From Octopus vulgaris (Eukaryota): DNA of 64,000 nt. Positions within the stretch are counted from its first letter, which is position 1. Every line of letters starts with the position of its first letter. The notes under the pieces were generated by a model. The model worked only from the letters and a program-made list of their open reading frames with translations, did no database searches and was not told the origin of the DNA. The translations under genes were made by a program, and so were the position numbers. The stretch is from positions 47,678,001 to 47,742,000 of the forward strand of contig OX597818.1 of assembly GCA_951406725.2 (NCBI GenBank). Reading direction: 5' to 3'. This document shows, piece after piece, positions 52,000 through 64,000 of this stretch.

Positions 52000-53270
52000 C
52001 ACCCCATTAAATATAAACTCAACAATTCAACTCTCACGAATTGCTTAAATACACCCGTTCTCCTCAAAATACCAGTGTCCACCATGCAATTTATTTTCTT
52101 CATAACCTTTAGAAAAATGAGAACTTCGTGGCCTTCACGGCTAAAAGAAGGTAGTGGGGATCTCACCAAGGACTCAGCCAAACAACTACTGATCGACGTA
52201 TTTGCACAATACGTCGAGCACAATACGTCCGGGCTTTAAATTAGTGCGTGCAGAACAATTTCGTCACTCTGCGCGCACTAACGGCATTTCCGAGCCCGTG
52301 CAGTTTATCTCGAACTTGGAATACCTCCACTCCTGTATCACTAACAGACCATGGACTAACGGACGTTATCCATAGCCTTCAGGTCGAAAGGTCTCCGGAA
52401 CAGGCGAACCAGTTGATTGTCGTCGATGTCTAGATCTTACCCAAGAACGTCGTCGCTCTTCCCTAGACTTTTATAGGAATATTTGTCATCGTTTGATGTA
52501 AGACTGCAGCTCCATCAAACAGACCAATGTTGGAAAAGGTGCATGACAAACAGCGATTAAACCTGCTCACCATCTAGAAATCTCTGCAGATGTCTTAGCC
52601 TCAGTGCATGTCAACGAATCATTAGCCACAGAATACTGAAAGCCTCCATGCTGTGAGAATCGTTGGCAGATTGACCGCCTGACCTGTGAAACGTATCCCT
52701 TTTACAATATATGGAAGGGTAGACGCTCTAAGCGGATCATATGGAAGCAAGTGCAAGGTATGATAGTCAGGTTGTGATATATAACGGAAATGATGTTCTT
52801 GTCCACTACCTTTGCTCAGCCTTCTAATTATAGCTTACTCTGGCTGAGACTGGCCACTCTGCCTTTACCTTGTTCCAGTCCGTAGCAGTCCGGACTGAAC
52901 TAGAGCTAAGCAACTTAACCAGTTCATCAGCCTGGCAACCCACAAGGGAGTCGACAGCATGAATGAATTTTCTTGTCCAGATGGCAAACTGTAAGCCTAC
53001 CGACTTATCTAGGTTAATCTTTGTTTCTGTCACCGTCTCATGTACAATACCGTAAACTTTGACTTCTGTGCTGTCCAATACCATTACAGCTCTTTCGAGC
53101 CCAAATTTGCACAAATGCTCCTCATAACCTCCAGTTTCCACGATAGGAAAACAAGAGACAATATATACAGCAGAAGTAACAGGGTACGCTCTTGACAGAC
53201 CGCACGGATGATTCGAAATAGTTCTGATAAATGACCACTTACTCTGACCATTGAGCAGATTCCGCTATAC
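52000..53270 (-). mobile_element. Decayed L1/Tx1-like LINE RT and C-terminal fragments
   Basis: LSELFRIIRAVCQ...LLLYIL resembles the VRQGCPLSPLLY RT motif. Many stops. Confidence 0.5.
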
Positions 53271-54718
53271 ATTGAAGCGGCAGTCTCTGGAAACGACTGC
53301 TCTGACGGCAGCCACCAAGTAACGATGGTTACCGATATCGAAATATTTTGATAGATTCAAATTGATGAGATTCCCACTGAAGTCAGGTTTGTTACTATTT
53401 CCATGTGGTATTGGTTTGCTACTACTCGCAGTATTTATTATTACCATCGTTTATATTTATATTTTTACCATTTAACTTAGTCTATAATATCAGCAATCGG
53501 ATACTTTATTATCTGCATATGAAATCACTTTTGAAAATATCTCCTCAGCATTATGATATAGCACTAAAAGATAATGGATTCTTTGAGAAGATACTGTAGC
53601 GGCACAAGCAGTCAGCGCCATATTGGATGAGATCTCGCGGCAGCCATTGCAATCTCCGAGACTGGAGTGAGACCTCACTCGCATCCATTTGCCATGCACG
53701 AGATCACAAAGAGGCTTGCGACGGCAAACTGTATATAAGGGCAAGACAGAAACAGATTCAGCTTTTTTTTTCTGCCTCTTAGCAGCAGCGCTTGCTGATT
53801 GCACTCCATTGGTTGGGCCTGTCTGTATGTTGTACCTCCAGAGACAATGTGTCCGCACTAACGGAGCTACTACACAACGCACACAGCTAAAGATGGTTGC
53901 TGAGAGCAGCACACTTCACCTGTCTTGTGAAACCTGTAAATAAACCAGTTGTAAATTGCATTTGTACTCGAGGTCTTCTCTCTTTGCCTGCCGGAGCCTG
54001 AACCACACGAAGAACAAAAAGAGATAATGGAAGAAGGCGATATTCTCCCGATATCGCAAACCTTGCCATCCATTATAATACGATATATGGTGCACATTAA
54101 TGTACCAAGACTTGGCGGGGAGAAAACGCAAAATATTATAGGACAATCTTGTTTTCAACTTAGCTGTAAAAAGGTAAAATAACAATGAAGTTTTTTAAAT
54201 TACTCTCTTGCCATTTCCTGAAGAACCCCAGGTATTATATGATCCTCAAAAGGGAATATTGTTTAAGTCAGTTACTCTGCATATAAACCTTCATAACCAT
54301 AATCAGAAGACTGTCACAATGCTAAAATACTACCTCAAACAACTCGAATCTAAACCCCGCACTTATTTGTAACTGTGCTGATACAAATAACTACCTGCTT
54401 GAAGTTGGTATTTCACGTAGTTTCCCTAGCGATGGCAGCTATTAGAAGGGAGATAATTATTTCTTCATAAAAAGAGGTGGGGTTAGAAATTTGAATTTGA
54501 AATTAAGGAATTATGAGAAATAATATGCATTAGAATTCACATATTTAATTTTTTTTGATTACTTATTACGAAGTTCTTACAATTGTTATTATTTTACGCT
54601 AAAGTGCATTTGAGCAACAACTCTGAACTGAAATTTTAAATTGGATTAACTGAGCAAAATTTTGAACGCGAATCTACAACATTTTCTTTTTTTCTTTTTT
54701 GTAACCATTAAAAATATT

Positions 54719-55349
54719 GGGTCTTTTGACCTACAGATTTAAAAAGCAATTTTTTGTAACTAAACACTTTCAAACTTCGGGTACTGGTAGAATGTGTCGT
54801 ATAAAACATGTGTTACTCTTAGCATTTTTGAGAAAAAACTTATATTTACGTAGTTATTTCACCTTAAAGTTCTCATATTTCGGTAATTTCAACCAATCAA
54901 TGACGTGTATTTAGCTGAATAAAATTACTGCTGTTGTTTGTCAACAAGGACTTCCGGCAGTGTATATTTCGTTTGTCACTGTTATTTACGACAACCCTAA
55001 CCCTAACCCTAAAACCTTAACCCTAACCCTAATCCTAAAACCTTAAAACCAGTACAAACGTACGAACGATGTCATAAATTACAGTGACAAACGAAAAATA
55101 CACTGCCGATAGTTGTTGTTGACAAACAACCGCAGTAATTTTATTCAGCTGAATACACGTTATTGATTGGTTGAAATTACCGAAATAGGACAACTTTAAG
55201 GTGAAATAACTTCGTAAATATAAGTTTTTCTCAAAAATTTTAAGAGTAAAAGATGTTTTATATGACACATTCTACCAGTGTCCGAAGTTTGAAAGTGTTT
55301 AGTTACAAAAAATTATTTTTTAAATCTGTCGGTCAAAAGGTAAAAATCC
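54719..55349. mobile_element. Foldback DNA element with ~275-bp inverted arms, central (TAACCC)n and 8-bp TSD
   Basis: GG...CC termini. TSD aaaatatt at 54711-18 and 55350-57. Shares AAACTTCG..ACTGGTAGAATGTGTC with 36079-37143. Confidence 0.82.
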
Positions 55350-56035
55350 AAAATATTTTGCGACCGCTTTATCGAGGTACATTTGGTTTCTAAAAGAAAC
55401 GATAAAACACACATACAAACAATATTGCTAGATATATCCTCGATCACATACTTTATCGCCATGGCAGATTTATATCTAGATCTATTCCCATTTCTGATTA
55501 ACTCAGAGAATGCTTAACTTGTAACAAGATTCCATTGGCTTGAATCTAAGATCAGAACAATATGTTTGCATAGACACCTACTGAAATAATTTTTTACTCA
55601 TTTTAAATCACCTAAATGCATAATTATGCATTAAGGTGGTTCAAAGTTTGTATAAGTTGATTATAATCCTTTGTTGTGAATCAATGTCGCTTTATGAAAT
55701 ACTGAATCTGGTTTTGTTTATTTTCCTACCTATGGCATTGAAGAATTCACGCCGCAATTTACATACATACATACATACACACATACATGTACACACACAC
55801 ATACATGTGTGTGTGTGTGTATTGCACTCTTGCACTTTCTTTCCTTCTTTCTTCATAGCAATTTCGCCTTCTACCTGGTATGTTTTTATTTCCGTCACTT
55901 CATATTGCCGGGTTTTGTTTACGAACCGATTTTCGCTCGAAATCATTAAAAAAAATAATAATCTTTATATTTTCTATATTGTATGCCTGCGCACGTGCTA
56001 CATAAATGAATGAAATTGTGTTTATATATCTGGAG

Positions 56036-56101
<66 letters not shown>

Positions 56102-56409
56102 TATGTGTGTGTGCATGTGTGTGCACGCACGCGTAACTGCATATACACGTTTATATACGTATGTCTGCATACATCCGAGTATGTATGTATAGGGTGGTCC
56201 GAAAGTCATGTCACCCCTTATCGAAAAAGAGGAACAATATAATTATATCAAACACATACTGGTTTCAGTATATTCACTCTCATTGACACTGACACTGTTA
56301 CACATCGAGAAAGTATGTATGAACACCATAATTTTCGTGGCACAAATGATGCGGGGTCGATTAAATAAGTATTAGTTACGCACTGGGGTCGATATAATCG
56401 ACTTAATCC

Positions 56410-56660
56410 TTTGTCTATCCTTGTTTGTTCCCTCTGTGTCCTTGTCTGTGTCCCTTTGTCTGTCCTTGTTTGTCGCCTCTGTGTCCTTGTCTGTGTCCCT
56501 TTGTCTGTCCTTGTTTGTCCCCTCTGTGTCCTTGTCTGTGTCCCTTTGTCTGTCCTTGTTTGTCCCCTCTGTGTCCTTGTCTGTGTCCCTTTGTCTGTCC
56601 TTGTTTGTCCCCCCTGTGTCCTTGTATGTGTCCCTTTGTCTGTCCTTGGTTGTCCCCTTT
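56410..56660 (+). repeat. 45-bp minisatellite inside a SINE-B 3' region
   Basis: Unit cttgtttgtcccctctgtgtccttgtctgtgtccctttgtctgtc, ~5.5 copies. Confidence 0.9.
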
Positions 56661-57003
56661 AATGTGTAGCCCCTTGTGGGCAGTAAAGAAATTAAAAAAA
56701 TGAGTTGTACCTGTAATTTAAAGGGCCACCCTTGTTTCATTCTGTGTCACGCTGAATCTCCCCGAGAACTACGACTTGTACGTTAATTTTACGAGCAGGC
56801 TGTTCCACTGATCGGATCAACTGGAACCCCACTGTCGTAACCAACGTAATGCCAGTTGTACATTGTTCAAGTTTCTGCTCTGCAGAGAACAATTTGCATA
56901 ATTAAACAGTTTACTAACCTCTATCTTGGATGGAGTGTTATGTTTAGAGATGAAAAGCTTTTACATTCTCATAAATGTCTTTTCTTTTGTTTGTGAAGGC
57001 GCG

Positions 57004-57577
57004 TGGGTTGTTCGGAAAGTTTGTACCGATTTTTAAAGGAAAGAAAAAGGTCAATAAATACTTGCCATTACCCAAGCTCTACCAGGTGCTCATGAACGGC
57101 GGATTTTGATAGGTTGAGGCTTTCTGCCAATTGTCGGGTTGTACAATGTGGGGTTATTCTCAATTAATGACTTCATTTGGACATCATCTGAAGTGGATGG
57201 TCTGCCTGATCACTCTTTATCAATAAGGCTACAATCTCCAGCTCGGAACCTTGCGAACCACTTTCGTACAGTTCTTTCGGATAAAGAAACATCACTGTAA
57301 ACTACGCATATTTTTTTGGTTGCTTGCGAGGCATTTTTCTCTTTACGGAAAAAGAAAAGCATCAAGTGCCGAAAATGAACTTCTTCATCTTCCATTTTAA
57401 AGGATTACAGAATTAACACAGGTTATAGGAACATAAACCTTCTTCCACGTAAAGATAGCTTAAACTGTGCAGTAAATGGAGGTGTAGTCAAATCCTATTT
57501 TATGGACTCAAACACGTTCTAAAATAAGTTGAAAGGTAAGCTACTATAAATCGGCACGAACTTTCCGGACAACCCAA
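57004..57577 (-). mobile_element. Internally deleted mariner, same family as 51298-51863, interrupting a family-C SINE head
   Basis: Same TIRs. Retains MEDEEVHFRHLMLFFFRKEKNASQATKKIC...WFARFRAGD. Confidence 0.85.
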
Positions 57578-58078
57578 TAGTTAGGGCGTTGCATTCACGA
57601 TCGTTAGACCCTAAGTTCGATTCCCGAAAACACTTCATTTCTTGTTGCTCCAATCCACTCAGCTGTAAATGGAGAACCCTGCGACGGACTAGAATTCTGA
57701 ACGGGTGGGGTGGAGATGGGGGATATCGTCCTGCTCTCCTAGCCAGCGGGGTGGCATCATTCGAAAGCTAAAATGATGCAAATCGCATTGTGACCAGCGA
57801 TGTATAACAACATCCAATAGTTTGGTCGATCATGTGATAAATGTTGTTTTAGCCTTATTCATTTTTTGTTCAACTTTATCAGTGACCTTCCTGATTTATT
57901 ACTTGTCCTAAATGTTTCACGTTTTTTTTAAAAAAACTTTTTCAAGTTCAGGACTTATTCTTTGTAAGCCTAGTACTTATTCTATCGGTCGCTTTTTGCT
58001 GAACCGCTAAGTTACGAGGACGTAAACACACCAGCATCAGTTGTCAAGCGATGTTGGGGCGGGGGCACAGACACAGAA

Positions 58079-58203
<125 letters not shown>

Positions 58204-58976
58204 AAGTTAATCCAAACAAGAAAACACAAAAAAACACAGCAACGCGAAGACGTGGAACAAATAAGGTATTATTGGACGCTCAGGAAAGAAGGGAAGAAGG
58301 AGGGTTTAACGTTTCGAGCGGAGCTCTTCGTCGGAAACAAAGGACAAGGAAAGATCCCGAGAAGGGAAGACAGAGGAAAAAAATTGCTGGCGGTGCTCAC
58401 GAGGTCACATGTTGAAAGAACGGAAGTTGAAAGGTAGACGAATCAAGTTTTTTATATGTATATATACGACGGGCTTCTTTCAGTTTCCGTCTACCAAATC
58501 CACTCACAAGGCTTTGGTCGGCTCGAGGCTATAGTAGAAGACACTGGGACTGAACGCAATGGGACTGAACCCAGAACCAGGTGGTTGGTAAGCAGGCTAC
58601 TTACCACACAGCCACTACCAAAATATTGCAAAACTTTTGACTTAACGCAATAGTAATTTAGAAATTAACTTGAAAAGGAACTGCTATATGTTCCACTTCG
58701 ACGCCTAGGAATATCCTGCAGGAAATTTACCAGGAATTTCTACTTTTATTTTTCATATTTTACTTGTTTCAGTCACTGGACTGTAATCACGCAGCGGAAC
58801 AGTCTTGGAGTTTACCGACGAACAAATCGATCCAAGAGTTTATTCTATGTAAGACTGGTATTTATCTTAACGTTTTCTTTTGTCAAATTGCCAAGTTTCG
58901 GAGACGTAAACAAACGAAGACTGGTTAACAAGTGGTGTGGAGTCAAACACAAATACACACACATACACACACGCAC

Positions 58977-59040
<64 letters not shown>

Positions 59041-59043
59041 GCA

Positions 59044-59078
<35 letters not shown>

Positions 59079-59094
59079 GCACGCACACGCACGC

Positions 59095-59129
<35 letters not shown>

Positions 59130-59692
59130 CACGCACGTATACTCACACACGCACACGCACACATATATATATACACAACGGACTTTCATACATTTTCCGT
59201 CAGCCAAATTCATACACAAGGCTTTAGTCGGCCCAGGGGGCCATAGCAGAAGATACTTGTCCAAGGTGTCGCGCAATAGGACTGAACCTGAAACCACTTA
59301 GATACGAAGCGCGAACTTCTTGGCCGCGCAACGAGAACTATATTACAATTAGCTCCTCACGTTTCTTCTTAGTTACGTTATTAAGCTTTTAAAAACCTCA
59401 ACGACATGCTACACGGTTGGCATTGATAGTTTTGAAGCACTGCAAACAACAAGAACAAGAAGAAGAAGAACAACAACAACAGCAGCAGCAACAACAATAG
59501 CAAGGTCGATGGAAATGGCTATCAAATGAACAAAATATATTCAATAGTCTGTGCTTGTCATCTTATCAGCTCATTTGTTATTTACTTTGAATAAATGACA
59601 CTTAGGTGTGAACGTAAGATTCTCTTTTGCTATGTTGATGGGCTGAGTGAGCTGAAGTTTTTGCTAAAGCATGAAACTTAAGCTGTTTAAAC

Positions 59693-60038
<346 letters not shown>

Positions 60039-60792
60039 CAGAGGAATCTTAATAATAGAATATCTAGAAACACTGCAATCATTATTGATGCAGAAGAATA
60101 TGAATGAACCACTTAAGAACGCAAGAAACGAAATCATAAGTTGCTCATACATATTTTGAAAAAGATTTATTGTCTAAATATTTTCACATTTGCAAGCAAA
60201 TTTTTATTTCCTTTACAGCTTTTCTTGTTCTTGCAGCAAATTTAACTGGTTTAGATGGAAATATATACGAAATTTATTTTATATGTTAGCAGGTGTTAAA
60301 TGACGTAAGCCAGTCGTAAAAGCATTGTTGAACAACACGGAAACTTCATATATGTCAAATTTGTCGCATTGATGACATGAATGATTTCCTATTGGACGTT
60401 GAAGTTTAATCGTATTGCTAAACTGTCTGTATGGTGAACAAGTGGATCCGGGTTCAGTCCCGTTGTGCATTACTGTGGGCGAGTGCCTTCTGCTAAAGTT
60501 CCGGATCAACCAATGTCATGTGAATGAATTTGGTAGACAAAAACTGAAAGAAGACCGTCGCGTACGCGCGCACACACACGTGTGTGTGTATGTGTGTGTG
60601 TGTGTGTATGTATACATGTAAATATGTGTGTGTGTGCGAGTGTGTATACATATACCTGTGTGTGTGTGTGTATGTGTGCCTTTGTGCTTGCGTTTGTTCC
60701 CTACAACCGTTCCACAATCGGTATTGGTTTGTTTACACCCACGTAACTTAGCGTTTAGTCAACAGTACAGCTAGAATAAGTACCTGCCTTAA

Positions 60793-61018
60793 GGCGGCGA
60801 GCTGGCAGAAACGTTGGCACGCCGGCGAAATGCTTAACGGTATTTCGTCTGCCGTTACGTTCTGAGTTCAAATTCCGCCGAGGTCGACTTTGCCTTTCAT
60901 CCTTTCGGAGTCGATAAATTAAGTACCAGTTACGCACTGGGGTCGATATAAACGACTTAATCCGTTTGTCTGTCCTCTCTGTGTGTAGCCCTTGTGGGCA
61001 GTAAAGAAATAAGAAATA
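60793..61018 (+). mobile_element. tRNA-derived SINE family B with 20-bp TSD; other copies at about 8690-8920(-), 24581-24990(+, partial dimer), 31887-32115(-), 32790-33020(-), 56354-56695(+)
   Basis: GGCGGCGAGCTGGCAGAA...GAGTTCAAATTCC..GGTCGACTTTGCCTTTCATCCTTTCGG. TSD agaataagtacctgccttaa at 60773-92 and 61019-38. The 31.9-kb copy has TSD tcctatagtcctata. Confidence 0.88.
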
Positions 61019-62408
61019 AGAATAAGTACCTGCCTTAAAAAATTAGTACTGGGATCTATTGGTTTGACTAAGTCCCCCCGGACGGAGCCGCATTCCAATG
61101 ATGGCAGCAGGTAAAAGATAAAAGATAAAATACAAAGAATATTTTTGCTTTACCTGCGTCGTTAGAGCGTTAGATAGAAATCCTTGCAGTATTTATTGTA
61201 ACTGTCTGCACCTTGAGTTCAAATCCCACCGAGGTCGTTTTGCCTTTCCTCCTTCAGGGGTTGTAAAATAAAGGATCAACCCAGAGGAGTAGATTGATGG
61301 AACAATCAGACCATCGGACAAGATGTCTTGTGATGTCTATTTCGGCCCTTTGCGTTCTGACGGCAACGCCTGCGACGGCGTTGCTGCTAAGCTGGACAAA
61401 CCCTTAAGCAGTGGCCTTTCTCTTTAGCAACATCAATGACATGGGGGAATTTCAGCAATGGGCAACAGGTAGTTTTCCACAAAAAAAGATGCTCAGGCCA
61501 GCTCTTACAAGTGCTAACATCATCAAATCTGACCAACAAGCTCCACCATACAGAAATATTTATATAATATAGTTTATATGTATAGGTATACACATACACA
61601 TAAACACACATTATTTATACAACATCATAGTATCATAACAGCCAATTAATGTTACCGAAAGGTTTCATGCGGGAAACGTTCCACCCCGACTCTGGAAGGT
61701 TATCAGCATGACACCAGTTGGTGATATGCTGATAACTGGATGTTATAGGACTACAATATTACAATAATTAATTACAAAACTAAGTGGATGTTATAAGACT
61801 ACAATATTACATAAATAATAATATACCTACTCTTTTACCTAATAACCGAGAGCCTAATTATTTTCTGACTCATAAAACTTATTGAAGAACTGGACCATTG
61901 CCCATATATGTATGAAAATACAAAATATAATACGAAAACAAAAAGTTTGAAACGATTGCGTTGGAGTGGCTGTGAGGTAAGTAGCTTGCTTACCAACCAC
62001 ATGGTCCCGGGTTCAGTCCCACTGCGTGGCACCTTGGGCAAGTGTCTTCTACTATAGCCTCGGGCCGACCAAAGCTTTGTGAGTGGATTTGGTAGACGGA
62101 AACTGAAAAGAAGCCGTCGTATATATGTATGTATATATATTATGTGTGTGTATATGTTTGTGCGTATGTGTTTGTCCCCTAACATCGCTTGACAACCGAT
62201 GCTGGCGTATTTACGTCCCCGTAACTTAGCGGTTCGGTAAAAGAAACCGATTGAATAAGTACTAGGCTTACAAAGAATAAGTCCTGGGGTCGATTTGCTC
62301 GACTAAAGGCGGTGCTCCAGCATGGCCACAGTCAAATGACTGAAACAAGTAAAAAAAAAAGAGTAAAAAGAGTAAACAAGGAAAAGCACAGAATCACAAA
62401 TGGAATGA

Positions 62409-62483
<75 letters not shown>

Positions 62484-63089
62484 CACACAGCATACGTTTG
62501 CTTTGAACATTTTAATTTTAAACCTTGGATAAATAGCAAGAGTTTCAATATATTTACTTTGATATGTTTACTATCAGACGCTAGTATACAGTAAATTGTA
62601 ATGGAATGAAATTTCATACAGACAGAAGATTTAAAAAATGTGGCTTCAGATCCTCCAATTTGCAGTGAGAGACTCTAGGAAAAAGAAAATATTCTAAACA
62701 TTTGCCAAGTATTTCTGTCACTATCATGTTTAGTAATCATCTTTATTTGCCGGCTTCCAACAGCCGGCGGACATCCATCGGAGACAAATGTAGAGGTGGG
62801 TTATGATTTCGTATTTTCCTTAAGTCCATGGAGGTGTCTTTTTGCCGAGTATGCTCTAAAACGGAGGTCATGACATCCATATTATCCAAACCAGCGAATC
62901 CTGGGGAATGAAAAAGAAAAGAACAAAAAATGAAAAAGGTAAAATTATTTGAAAATTTATGAATAAAAAGAAATCAATGAAACATTTATGAAATCACCGT
63001 CGGCAAGACACACGTGACCTTCTGACTCATTGGGCCAGTTACATTTTTGTCTTTATACCTGATGAAGCAGAACGACTTGAGTTGTGAAC

Positions 63090-63141
63090 CATCATCATCG
63101 TCATCATACTTATAAACAACAACTGCATCATCATCATCATC

Positions 63142-63173
<32 letters not shown>

Positions 63174-63349
63174 CATCATCATCATAATCACCACCACCAC
63201 CATCATCATCATCATCCTCACCATCATCGTCGTCGTCGTCGTCGTCGTCGTCATCATCATCATCATCACCACCACCACCACCACCACCACCGCCACCATC
63301 CTCCTCCTCCTCCTCCTCCTCGTCGTCGTCATCGTCGTCGTCGTCGTCA

Positions 63350-63390
<41 letters not shown>

Positions 63391-63630
63391 ATCATCATCA
63401 TCATCCTCACCATCATCATCGTCGTCGTCGTCATCATCATCATCATCATCACCACCACCACCACCACCACCCTCCTCCTCCTCCTCCTCCTCCACCTCCT
63501 CCTCCTCCACCTCCTCCTCCTCGTCATCATCGTCATCATCATCATCATCATCATCCTCACCATCATCATCGTCGTCGTCGTCGTCATCATCATCATCATC
63601 ATCATCATCATCAGCTGCTGCTGCTGCCGC
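63090..63630. repeat. Compound trinucleotide microsatellite (CAT/CGT/CAC/CCT)
   Basis: Read directly from the sequence. Other simple repeats include (TAT)n 51129-51207, (AG)n 56034-56099, (AAT)n 62410-62481 and (TATC)n 63955-64000. Confidence 0.95.
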
Positions 63631-63737
63631 ACGATTTTAGGTCTGTTTGAATGGCGTGCGAGTGACTGAGATTACAATGCTCCCTCACTCCTGAACGAGG
63701 CATCGGTTCGTCGTAGGATTAGCTTCCTAGCTGTATA

Positions 63738-63952
63738 TGAGGGAACGTTGAAAAGTTCCCGGCTTTAGTGGTATCGTAAAAGGCCTGGCTGGAGGCTCCA
63801 CCTCCCAAATTCTTTCACAGGGCTTAGAAAAATTGAAGGAGCGCTGCAATAAGTGTGTGAATCTGAGAGGAGAATATGTTAAATAAAATCATAATTAACT
63901 GATCCTCCTATATTTTTTTACCCAAAGCAAGGAACTTTTCAGCACCCCTTCG
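63738..63952 (+). mobile_element. Mariner-derived MITE
   Basis: Imperfect TIRs GAGGG..GYTGAAAAGTTCC. Interior encodes the transposase tail GLEKLKERCNKCVNLRGEYVK*. Confidence 0.7.
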
Positions 63953-63956
63953 TGTA

Positions 63957-64000
<44 letters not shown>

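Noticed and set aside
56372-56740. Repetitive TDKDTEGTNKDRQRD protein
   Set aside because: Translation of the 45-bp SINE-derived minisatellite.
62986-63650. Long poly-E/D/G, poly-H/R/P and poly-M ORFs
   Set aside because: Compound trinucleotide microsatellite that is open in several frames, with no unique coding flank or convincing splice context.

Overview
AT-rich, repeat-dense animal DNA. The SINE, microsatellite and RTE repertoire resembles octopod cephalopods (inferred from recall, not checked by search). The only convincing host gene is on the + strand. An internal exon at 826-1622 encodes the C-terminal part of a BTB/POZ domain plus a Ser-rich linker and ends in a consensus phase-2 donor. 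Two separate C2H2 zinc-finger exons follow (16342-17107, 5 fingers; 29563-30346, 6 fingers). Each has a phase-2-compatible acceptor, its own stop codon and its own AATAAA. This suggests a lola/fruitless/mod(mdg4)-like BTB-ZnF gene with alternative terminal DNA-binding exons. The proximal exon's 3' UTR holds a sense-strand hammerhead-like fold, and the exon is bracketed by inverted same-subfamily SINEs. The rest is transposon-derived: three tRNA-SINE families, RTE/Tx1/R4/Penelope fragments, Helitron/Helentron derivatives, a full-length frameshifted mariner, MITEs, foldbacks and tandem repeats. CpG content appears to rise at about 34.7-35 kb. Repeat boundaries are read by eye and approximate.
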